Below the pieces are notes generated by a model. The model was given only the letters and a program-made list of their open reading frames with translations. It ran no database searches and had not been told where the DNA came from. The translations under genes were made by a program, and so were the position numbers. Positions 55,401 to 62,428 of a stretch of DNA of 64,000 bases are shown here, piece by piece. The stretch lies in NCBI GenBank assembly GCA_009859145.1, contig VRVR01000018.1, positions 253,688 through 317,687 on the forward strand, read 5' to 3'. This DNA is from Andalucia godoyi And28 (taxonomy: Eukaryota; Protista; Jakobida). Numbering within the stretch: position 1 is the stretch's first letter; each line of letters starts with the position of its first letter.

Positions 55401-58400
55401 GGTTTGCGAACTCCACTGCAGCGAAACTCAGAGACGAATCCCAAGGAGCTGTCTGCTCAGAGATCTCTTCCGTTGCCAAGACTGCTTCCGTTTTAGACAT
55501 CCCAGCCAAAGTTCTCCAGGTCTCCTTTTCGTATGTATTTGCGATAACGTACTCGAAGGGCTCGCGCTCTTCGACGTCCTCGATTGTCGTGTTTACAAAG
55601 TCCGGAAATCCGCCGCTTGTGCGCATTTCCCAGCCGGTGACGAAGGTGTCTGCAGCCGAAAAGGTTGTGGTGACCGCGGAGGTCTCGTCTCCTGATCCAC
55701 GTCCTCAAATTCAGTGGCAGTTTGTTTCGGGATCACCGTCGTTTGATCTAACCAACAGTTCGCTAATTCTTTCGTCTGACAAGTCCGCCAACCTTGTGAT
55801 CGCCCCCGGAATTCTTGTTTCTGGCCAAACTTATTCGTTTGAAGTTGTCGTCACAGATCAATGGGGTGCGAACTCGTCCGCATTCCGGAATGTCATCGTC
55901 AACACTCCACCAGCAGGTGGGTCTTGCTCCGTTATTCCCGACTCCGGGTTCGAACTGGAAACGGAATTTACGCTGTCATGCTCCGGTTGGTCGGATGAAG
56001 ATGCTCCAATCCAGTATGATGTTTATCTGGTGAACAGGGTTGATCTTTCTGTCGTTGCGCTTCCTCTCACTGTCGAGGACCCGAACCGTGTGATACTGCT
56101 TCCGAACCAACTCATCTATAATACTCCAAAGATGATTTTGCCTCCGTCAAAAAGCTCCACAGGAAATATGACGTTGCTGTTCAACATCAGAGATTCATTC
56201 CGATCGTCTGTTTTGGTATCTGCGAACGTCAAGGTCGTGCGCAAAGTGTTTGCAACCGAAGGTGCTCGAATCTCGTTCGTCAACAATGTCGTGAACACGG
56301 AACTAAAGGAAAAGCTGCAGTCTAACGACACAACAGCCATCTTGCAATTGACAACTTCTATTGCGCAGTCGCTGACTTCGAACAGTTCTGCAGCCTCGGC
56401 AGCCTCTAGCCTTATTTCGCAGTCGTCTTCTTCGCAAGACTCTTCCAAGTGCCCAGCCTCGTGCTACAACGGTGTCTGTGTTACGCAGAACAACGTCGCG
56501 TTTTGCAGATGCAATGCAGGCTGGGGTGGCCCTGTGTGCAATCTCAACCGAACGGAAATTGACGACCGAGCCCGTGTCAACGCCCAGCTCTTGCAGGGCC
56601 TTCTGCAGGTGAGTGCGTCGCCGTCGTCGACCATGGATGTAACGGAATCAAAGCAGCTTTTGCGCTCCACGATGGACGCTGTTGTAACGATCACTGAGAA
56701 TCCTCTGATGATTGATGATTCGGGAGCTGCAAAAATGGAGTCTGTTATCTCCAATGTCGTTCTTGCAGCGCAGAATACGGGGGCGGACAGTCAGTTGTTC
56801 GAGCGCATGAATTCCGCATTGTCGCAATACGTGCTCATGGTTGGATTGGGCGAGAGCTTGCAGCAGCGTCAATCGTTCTCAGAGCAAGGCAGAAATCGAT
56901 CCGCGACGGCAGACAGGAAGAATGCGCAAACCGTCAATGACCTGATGCGTCAAATGGGTCAGTCAATTGCGGTGTCGTTGTCTGCTGGAGAGCGCGCCGT
57001 GGAAACATCGACCTCCGTGTTCGTCAATCGCATCCAGAAGAAGGACGCGAGTCAGCTTGGCGGTAGTCGGATCGAAGCAGGTGGTTCCCTACTTGTTGCG
57101 GATCCTTCTTCCAACGTCACGTCAGCAATGTTTGATCTTCCTGCTTCATTTTCTCCTTGCCAGAACTCGAACGAATCATCGAACCACGTCACAAATTGGA
57201 ATCGCAACCCGTATTCGTTTGCAATGGGGGCGAACGACACGACCGCATCTACATTGGTGACCTTTAGATTTACGGACTCGAATGGGACGGAATGCTCGGT
57301 TGCCAACTTGCAGGTGCCCATCGTTTTCTATATTCCTTTGAGCGCAAATGCGTCCTCTGCGATGAACACCAGTGTGATTCCTTCTTGTTCTTTTTTCGAC
57401 GATGCAGCGCAAAATTACTCAACCAAAGGTGTGCAAAGCAAGGTTCTTCGGAATTCCCGCGGTCACGCGTACGCTGTTCAGTGCAACACGACCCACTTGA
57501 CCTCCTTTGTAACATTTGAAGCTGCGGCGTCTTCGGTGCCTGACGTTGCGCTCGTCGATGTGACGAGTACGAATGCGTACAATGCAGATTTGTTGACATC
57601 CGACATTTTCTATGTCGTCTTGGCGATATTGCTCATCGGATGGAGTCTGATGATCCTTGGTTATATCAAGGATCGTCGTGCACAGCTTGATTTTCTGTCT
57701 GCAGCGGTAATCACCGTGTTGCCTAGCTCCGCTTCGGCTTCCGTGGACATGCAAAATCCTTGTTCTGCACAGCCGGATTGCGAGCAGCCGGCAGATGCAC
57801 ATCAGATCTTGGTGGGTGCAAAGTATGTCGCAAAGGATTCTGAATCGCAGCCGGTTTCGAGTGGAGGAGATGTTTCAAAGCCGATGGCAGAGGCGCAGGC
57901 AGACAAGGCCAATGGCCTTCCAAAGGACGAAGAAAGTGGAATTGCTCCTGCGGAAGGCGTTGTCTTCCCCGTCGGTATCTATGCATCGACAAACGCGGGA
58001 GATGTTGCCGCCTACCGTGTTGAGGGCGACGAAGAAATTGTGACCCTCAAACAAGAAGACCGTTGGGTTCAGTTCCGTCGTCGCTTGCCTCCAAAGATGA
58101 AGCACGAGCATTTGGTGCTGTCAATGTTCTTCCGCGATCCTCATGAACTTGTGACTCGTCCTCAACGGGTGATGCTTCTCATGTGCCTGATTTTCCTTGC
58201 TATGGCGATCAATGCGTTCTTTAGCCCAAGCAAGGATGCGTCATTCGGTGCAAAGTTTGCAGTGAGCGTGCTGAGTTCATGGATGGCCGAGCCATTGGTT
58301 GTCATGATGTCGCTGTTGTTTGCTCGCATTGCCGCGGATAAGGAAAGGAATCGCCGCCGAAAGGAAAAGGTCCTGAGAGGAGAAACGACGTCGAACGCCG

Positions 58401-59215
58401 CGGCATTGGCGGTAGCTGCGCCTCCTGGTCTTCCTGTCCTTCAGCCGCTCACCGATACTTCGTCGCCGTCCTCCGCGTCCACGCAGCCCCAGGTTTCTGC
58501 ATTTCCGACGGCGGATAACGCCGCATCCGCCCCGTTGTTTTCTCCGCGTTCTCGCGCAGCTGTGGACAATGCTGGCACGGCCCCAGAGGACCAGCAATTC
58601 GACTCGGTGATTACTCTGGATTCTGGATTCCGCTCGAGGAGGTACAATAAGCAGATGAAGAAGCTGCGCGATGGCAGACCTGTGTACGGTCCACCATCGA
58701 TTGCGAACATTTTGATCATTATGTTTACCATGATTTTGTTTACCTTGTTGATCGTGTTCTGGCTTCTGCAGGCTGGAGCGGAGCCGTTTGAAATTGGCAT
58801 TTGGGTGGGAGCGATGGCGCTTCTTACCATATTCTTTTTGTATGCGCAGGTTTGGAGGCGTCGACCGCGTTTAGATGAAGAAGGTGTGCGAGCGATGGCG
58901 CAAAAGCGACGTGATGACCATGATAAGGCGTTTGCGGATGACGGTGCCCAGTTTTTGTTCCCAGCGTGGTGTGTTGTGCTTGTGTACATTCTGGCGGCAT
59001 TGATTCAAGCATTTGCAGTTCACGTCATCTTCATTTACGCATTGATGTTTGACGCCGACAGTCGCCACTTCTGGTACATTGATTGTGCGTTGTCTTTCTG
59101 TCAGGACATGCTTATCGTCGAACCGCTTGTGATCATCGGTGAGGCGCTTCATGAGACATTCTTGGACACTGTCGCAGGAGAATTCGTGGACATGATCATG
59201 TCTGTCATTTGCTAA
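49493..59215 (+). CDS. Giant polycystin-1-like/adhesion receptor: signal peptide, IPT/TIG, LamG-like, G8-like, REJ, EGF, GAIN/GPS and multi-TM region
   Basis: REJ motifs (SVDPDNEP...FLWSC, VNTPPAGGSCSVIPDSGFELETEFTLSCSGWSDEDAP), EGF CYNGVC...CRCNAGWGGPVC, GPS CNTTHLTSF, PKD motif EHLVLSMF...TRPQR. First in-context ATG at 49493. Confidence 0.85.
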   Translation: MTNAKRKSAISGSSICSSSMLIALLLALIGCAYGQCPGAINIYNSFVTSDGPWVAAHGGGTLLLTGNSFPPELADNLTILIDNVYPCLTVSVNSSMLECLVAGIPGVASYTRSIRVVSVDPVANCTVSSAVGAFTSIQETQEWFRFTYGPWAPKNALEISSIADPRISNFTFQSNQGFALSFFFSQQRQADVGISSLLVVGNVNGTSRRCDALQNGIHLWHDNQNGMLCLEYVVNGTGPSVGCQVRCSRSQFFRPLLPTDGFALPDTYVFVVVDVSQSGAYVWVDGNLEIFVRFPSNATSLRLPTGPQTVHFGRRCPTGGYCPLQAIDHIAVFSRSLGPETVAKSLTSDPRTNARVNTSLIALYSFDGTNLAQSMVPSNGLSFVSSSLSSKPSYAKVEGIHFAECPSQSVNCSTFGGHAFFRNDVVLNQWNARLSDSMTTDFRIVDRLSSCEQLRAMGYNRDVETVLYSKGLNAVVVHCKYMSGTTPSAFLRLVTPATMNFTGGKKIWEKLPISMSSNKICASCMDFVTFDPPNSFFKGDFGNFSGEAVATQNIHFEADFISSPFGFGQRYVRLFNVGAFNQDFTNGNRTMSITASNGEGAYIPGCFEYGGFCITLDAASSSPNVSFPWKLVTFVLPPSTSSDGSSLAYPSQSLTVQLGGRRPTGSQSWYFSFQFQLKTARAFTNQLADNDGDNPANWDGSVLPGAQDTVFVGAGTLIRFRTAQLSVLKFVLSGGTVVGPGANNDSYYIQAQGGSLSTGTLQDIRIIFLLPTGTPKSNGVDMSPKSGPTLTLNNSTLEFVNTSFSFMTRMNAFNSRFVSNSQFEFWHLLSPFGNLSDFTLQIKSGGTGLIRSSATVAPLSLIIEPGAMAVVPFFNQFTDVLGSQKNFIDNKGVLMFGYDAKAVQDVYLTDADDGGNLNGAIFKLFRPLSENVRSRINCPAASPAALVLPSRGMDVMLTTNPLPVNLPNSYIIVNVSFGDGSSYDCILTNSSSTGTISISGGVLYSGIGILDVVFTQLYSGPLSSLSPLGAVLNVSVPQILRSCATLIRVTVNSPNAAIAVRSILIWSPQSVVDVSRSSLLSIEAMSLCRKSLPIRFSNDGGMVRSSGFGSLMFSGDWSRGGENTLKGQFFFSNESAVVFDINRAPAVTNTATYFLPSSSALSVSLLIVNPRARLIVDGSLIARDALIAGQLLFTADCLANNRSAIPSISIANISGVLVGVAQQMFRFDGGSSAAFSAVNSSNGSPISGALTVSSAVQDEWNRWIELTDADPTSELFLRFDPSVRSLCSNSFSCVLSLDRRVKRGDVAVPLNREITGDYFLGAPTYAKSWILDPAGIRNFSVLPDIWMAEIVSFHAAPVPFRNTIVYGPDAGDVEQLNHVSDLFTRAEFYADGGLVQETVAFDNVIAVGSLMQVEDCWISRFHPLGATVKFRVTSKSSTMSLPANMTVTMSQLSAPTANAMLFNPSTSFLSILDSQFNYGFDISFLMSVDEYALSVKPFSPSPAISVCPGVIKVGRQSLTVLPSLLDASSLRRISLRIQGFKSSDVNALPSGLACVFNALQQQNSSAVWDSSLGVVNCSVPVSVAAGSVNVILQNGTIELGSGNFSISNVATFSAASVDVNATFIRISFSSPTNMPSSPDCSLLLLLASRLTLGERTGLQCSWQDASNLVIQLGQLVVWNKDDPFFNISIVPGSIRDGTDVTAAAQIPTLIRLPFSPPLPMFQISPSQAVVNICDAFSLSAVLVSGGLNRAVSSTWRLLSTSMTGFNQSLPYPVSSSLEVSLGDPFRLPGSFVFEFTGVNAFGYQFRATVNVTRRSNEITSASIVGPSPATVRISQALTLNSLVASASCLSSLGFSVDYEWNISGSTLSAVAIGKAASAKGLSSIVFPGFAFVSGNNYSVSLRVKTVPFLSSALLAEFQFSAFALPLSAVVDQGSFVEQGVASPLRLSSLGSVDPDNEPGITPTFLWSCLRFANSTAAKLRDESQGAVCSEISSVAKTASVLDIPAKVLQVSFSYVFAITYSKGSRSSTSSIVVFTKSGNPPLVRISQPVTKVSAAEKVVVTAEVSSPDPRPQIQWQFVSGSPSFDLTNSSLILSSDKSANLVIAPGILVSGQTYSFEVVVTDQWGANSSAFRNVIVNTPPAGGSCSVIPDSGFELETEFTLSCSGWSDEDAPIQYDVYLVNRVDLSVVALPLTVEDPNRVILLPNQLIYNTPKMILPPSKSSTGNMTLLFNIRDSFRSSVLVSANVKVVRKVFATEGARISFVNNVVNTELKEKLQSNDTTAILQLTTSIAQSLTSNSSAASAASSLISQSSSSQDSSKCPASCYNGVCVTQNNVAFCRCNAGWGGPVCNLNRTEIDDRARVNAQLLQGLLQVSASPSSTMDVTESKQLLRSTMDAVVTITENPLMIDDSGAAKMESVISNVVLAAQNTGADSQLFERMNSALSQYVLMVGLGESLQQRQSFSEQGRNRSATADRKNAQTVNDLMRQMGQSIAVSLSAGERAVETSTSVFVNRIQKKDASQLGGSRIEAGGSLLVADPSSNVTSAMFDLPASFSPCQNSNESSNHVTNWNRNPYSFAMGANDTTASTLVTFRFTDSNGTECSVANLQVPIVFYIPLSANASSAMNTSVIPSCSFFDDAAQNYSTKGVQSKVLRNSRGHAYAVQCNTTHLTSFVTFEAAASSVPDVALVDVTSTNAYNADLLTSDIFYVVLAILLIGWSLMILGYIKDRRAQLDFLSAAVITVLPSSASASVDMQNPCSAQPDCEQPADAHQILVGAKYVAKDSESQPVSSGGDVSKPMAEAQADKANGLPKDEESGIAPAEGVVFPVGIYASTNAGDVAAYRVEGDEEIVTLKQEDRWVQFRRRLPPKMKHEHLVLSMFFRDPHELVTRPQRVMLLMCLIFLAMAINAFFSPSKDASFGAKFAVSVLSSWMAEPLVVMMSLLFARIAADKERNRRRKEKVLRGETTSNAAALAVAAPPGLPVLQPLTDTSSPSSASTQPQVSAFPTADNAASAPLFSPRSRAAVDNAGTAPEDQQFDSVITLDSGFRSRRYNKQMKKLRDGRPVYGPPSIANILIIMFTMILFTLLIVFWLLQAGAEPFEIGIWVGAMALLTIFFLYAQVWRRRPRLDEEGVRAMAQKRRDDHDKAFADDGAQFLFPAWCVVLVYILAALIQAFAVHVIFIYALMFDADSRHFWYIDCALSFCQDMLIVEPLVIIGEALHETFLDTVAGEFVDMIMSVIC

Positions 59216-59243
59216 TGGAGGGGGGAAAAAGAAGAAGAAAACA

Positions 59244-59496
59244 CCGCTGCCACTTGTTGCGATATGATGAAGCAATCTAAAGGGCATGTAAACAAAAAAC
59301 ACTGCCACGCGCCATGCCGCATGCGTTTGGTATCTTAGCAACTCCGTCACACGATGCACGATTCGTTTGGCCCCATTTTGATCATGAAATCCCTATATAA
59401 ATACGCCACCGCGTTGCATTATGCATGTTGTTGGGTTGCAGCATTGATTATGGGTGATCAGCGATGTTTGTCCGTGGTTAGTGTACAATGTAGGCG
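59244..59496 (+). mobile_element. 253-bp non-coding dispersed repeat, copy B
   Basis: Homologous to 18691-18943; starts 29 bp after the stop codon of the PKD-like gene. Confidence 0.85.
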
Positions 59497-59598
59497 TTCC
59501 AGTTTGGAAAATAGCTGTCCTTTTTGGGATCCTATATTAATAAATAAAAAATAATAATAAAAACACGTTTCTGTCTTGAGTTTCGGCTTCCCGGGGGC

Positions 59599-60873
59599 TC
59601 ACTTTCTGTCCTTCCCTTTTCTTTTCTTTCCCACTTCTTTGTCCGAGTCTGAATCCGCCAATGGACGACTTCGGCTGGGTTTCGCAAGCGCTCCAGCACC
59701 AGTGTCCTCCAGCTCCTCTTCCTCCTCTTCTGGTGCGTCATCATCATCACCAGGGCTCTGCACCCCACGAGCCTTTTCCGCTTTCAAGCTCATAGCTGCA
59801 ACTTTTTTCTTTAAAGCAGCCGTGCTCTCCTCTTCTGAATCCGAGAAAGCTTGCTCTTCACTGTCCTCCGAGTCTTGGATCTTACTCTTCTTGCTCTTCT
59901 TTTGCTTCTTGCTGTTCTTTTTGGTCTTCATCGTCGATGGCACGTCATCATCATCCGAATCGCTGTCACGATCTTCCTTGGACGCACCAGATTTCTTTTC
60001 CTTTTTCAAAGCTCGCTTGAGCTTCTTTTCTTCGGTTCTTGAATGCTTTGCTCCCTTATCTGCAACCTCCGATACAGCCTCCGCGGCCTTGGTGGCTGGA
60101 GGAGGCTGCTCAACCATCGATTTCGCGTGTGAATCATCCGCAACAAACTGATCAATCCGTTTTTCTCCTTCTTCCAACACTGCGCTGTCGATAATCTCAA
60201 TCGAAGATGCTTGCTGTTGGAGGACGCGATACATTTCAGGGTCAATCAGGCAGGTCACTGCAGATCCCTTTGCTCCTTGTGGCACACCGCTGTTTTCCAC
60301 AAACACGCCGAGATCTTTGAGCTCGGCTTCTCCTATCCCAAAGATGCGGACCAACATGCGAGATCGCGCAATTGGCATTGTCTTGGAAAGCAGCCTGATG
60401 ACCTCCAACGCCTGTTGCTTTGCGGGCTTCGTCAGCCTGATGACGTAGTGGGAATCCTTCAATGCTCTCTCAATCGTTGGTAAAGGATACGGTCTTTTTG
60501 TAAGCGGATTGAACGCTTTTTCCGCAACAATATTGCAGACATCATGAGTTAGCTGTGTTAGAATAGCCTGCCGCTCCTTCTCAGCAACCTGCAGCTCGCC
60601 CTTTTCCAAGATTTCGAGAATAATTTTCTGCTCATCGTGTGTTCCAAACACTTCGTACATCTCCTGCTTATTCGCCATCTCCCCCTTTCCCACATTGTCG
60701 AACACAATGCGAGTCTGGAGCACCTCGTCGAGATCCTTTTCGACTCCCGATCTCCAAGAAAGAACCTTGTTTGGATACGCTGCAATCTCGAACTTCACGC
60801 CTTGTTTCTTGTACCGAATAACCGCAACATTCGTGTGTCGCCGCTGATTGACAGGTGTGAAGTGCTGCGCCAT
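59599..60873 (-). CDS. SBDS: Ribosome maturation factor SBDS/Sdo1 with a charged C-terminal extension
   Basis: HFTPVNQRRHTNVAVIRYKKQGVKFEIAAYPNKV..WRSGVEKDLDEVLQ, ILEKGELQV and KPAKQQALEVI. Start is ATG 60873. Confidence 0.95.
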   Translation of the reverse strand: MAQHFTPVNQRRHTNVAVIRYKKQGVKFEIAAYPNKVLSWRSGVEKDLDEVLQTRIVFDNVGKGEMANKQEMYEVFGTHDEQKIILEILEKGELQVAEKERQAILTQLTHDVCNIVAEKAFNPLTKRPYPLPTIERALKDSHYVIRLTKPAKQQALEVIRLLSKTMPIARSRMLVRIFGIGEAELKDLGVFVENSGVPQGAKGSAVTCLIDPEMYRVLQQQASSIEIIDSAVLEEGEKRIDQFVADDSHAKSMVEQPPPATKAAEAVSEVADKGAKHSRTEEKKLKRALKKEKKSGASKEDRDSDSDDDDVPSTMKTKKNSKKQKKSKKSKIQDSEDSEEQAFSDSEEESTAALKKKVAAMSLKAEKARGVQSPGDDDDAPEEEEEELEDTGAGALAKPSRSRPLADSDSDKEVGKKRKGKDRK

Positions 60874-60996
60874 CTTGATTGATCCAACCACCTCTCTCAA
60901 CACCAGCAGAAAAAAAACCCAAAAAATATATTCCGTGGTAAAAACAACAACAACAGCAGCAGCAATAGCAGCAACAGCCAAGAAAAAGTGTTGTGA

Positions 60997-61000
<4 letters not shown>

Positions 61001-61072
<72 letters not shown>
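61001..61072. repeat. (AG)36 microsatellite between the divergent SBDS and membrane-protein genes
   Basis: Seen directly in the sequence. Confidence 0.95.
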
Positions 61073-61074
<2 letters not shown>

Positions 61075-61308
61075 CGAGACACGAACTTGATCGAATCCAT
61101 GACTTTTCTCTGACACGCTTTGTCTCGAACTCTGACTTCAGCAATTTCAATAAGATAACTCAAAGGTTTCAATTTCGCCTTATTCCATTTTTGTGTCGTT
61201 GTTTTTCTTATTTTGCATTTTCTTCGGCTTTCCCCCCTTTCGTCTGTCTCCTTGTGTTTGCTGTTTCTTCTGTCTCTCGGGCTAGGTGAGATACCCGGTT
61301 CTAGGAAA

Positions 61309-62197
61309 ATGCGATTTGTAATTCTTGCAGTTGTTGTGGTGGCAGTTGCGCTTGCCTCGCAATCGGTTTGCGCTGCAGAAGCTGTGCCGGAAAAGCTCAA
61401 TCTCGTCAAGTTTTTGGAAGGGTATGTCCATTAGTTGATTCTGCTATTAATGGTGATAGTGGTTATTATCATGCTTTTTCTGCTCTTCAACTCTCCCATA
61501 CTTACATGCATTTCTCAGAGAGTGGATTTTCCAGAAAGTGTTGTTTGATCTTTCGGCGTCCACCGATGACGAGTCGATCATGACGGGGTCCTTGTCATTC
61601 TCGCCGGTTTCTGAGTATGCGATTGATGGAGTGTACTATGAGAACTCGACTTCTACGTCGTTTGCCAATGTTCGGAAGGTCTCGTTGGCGATGGATTCGG
61701 AATCGACCGGTAGTTTCCTGTTTGCACCAGTCGAATCCTACGAGTCGATCAAGAAGATCGCGTCTGCCAAAAAGACTCCCGTTGAAAATGCAGATCTGGC
61801 GGAGGCGGATGCTGACGCAGATGATGAGGTTCCGTCGACGAAATGGTTTGACGTGTCCATCGAAAAGGCTCCTGCTGGGCAGTTCTACGTCTCTCGCTCT
61901 GGAAATACCATGTTCCGTGTTGTGAGCAATGCTGAATTTCTCATGGACACCTTGGAAAATGGGCACCTTGTGTCGATCCATGCATACCGAGTCAATGTCG
62001 AAAAGCCAAAGTCGCTTTTCCAAAAGTATATGATGCCGGGCATGCTCATTTTGTTCTTTGGAATCAACTTGTTTGTCAAGCGAAAGACCGCCGCGTCCGC
62101 AGCTCGTCCTGCCGGTACCCCTCGCCGTCCCACTCCTGCCCCGACTCGCCCTGCTGCCGGTGCTGGAACCGGACTTGCATCTTCCAAGAAGGACTGA
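61309..62197 (+). CDS. Type I membrane protein (signal peptide plus C-terminal TM), possibly EMC10-like; exons 61309-61421 and 61519-62197
   Basis: A GTATGT...TTCTCAG intron (61422-61518) joins the signal-peptide exon in frame to ORF 61538-62197. KSLFQKYMMPGMLILFFG is followed by a short basic tail. Confidence 0.75.
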
Positions 62198-62428
62198 AAA
62201 AAAAAAATTTCAAAAAAATTCATGAGCTGCTTCTTTTGTGTATTGCCATGTCTCTCTCTCTCTCTCTCCCTACTTTTTATTACACTGTACGTTTTCACTC
62301 GTAAACCATACGGCTCCTATATAATGGGGAAAAGGAAGCGAAAAAAGAAAAAGAAATTAATTAATTTAAAAAAATGAAGAGCAAATCAAATCAAATCAGA
62401 AAAAAAAAAAAAAACGCACATTGACGCC

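Noticed and set aside
10082-59215. Apparent calcium/sensory gene cluster (IP3R, GRL, calcineurin B-like, PKD-like)
   Set aside because: The genes are dispersed among unrelated housekeeping genes on both strands; no evidence of functional clustering.
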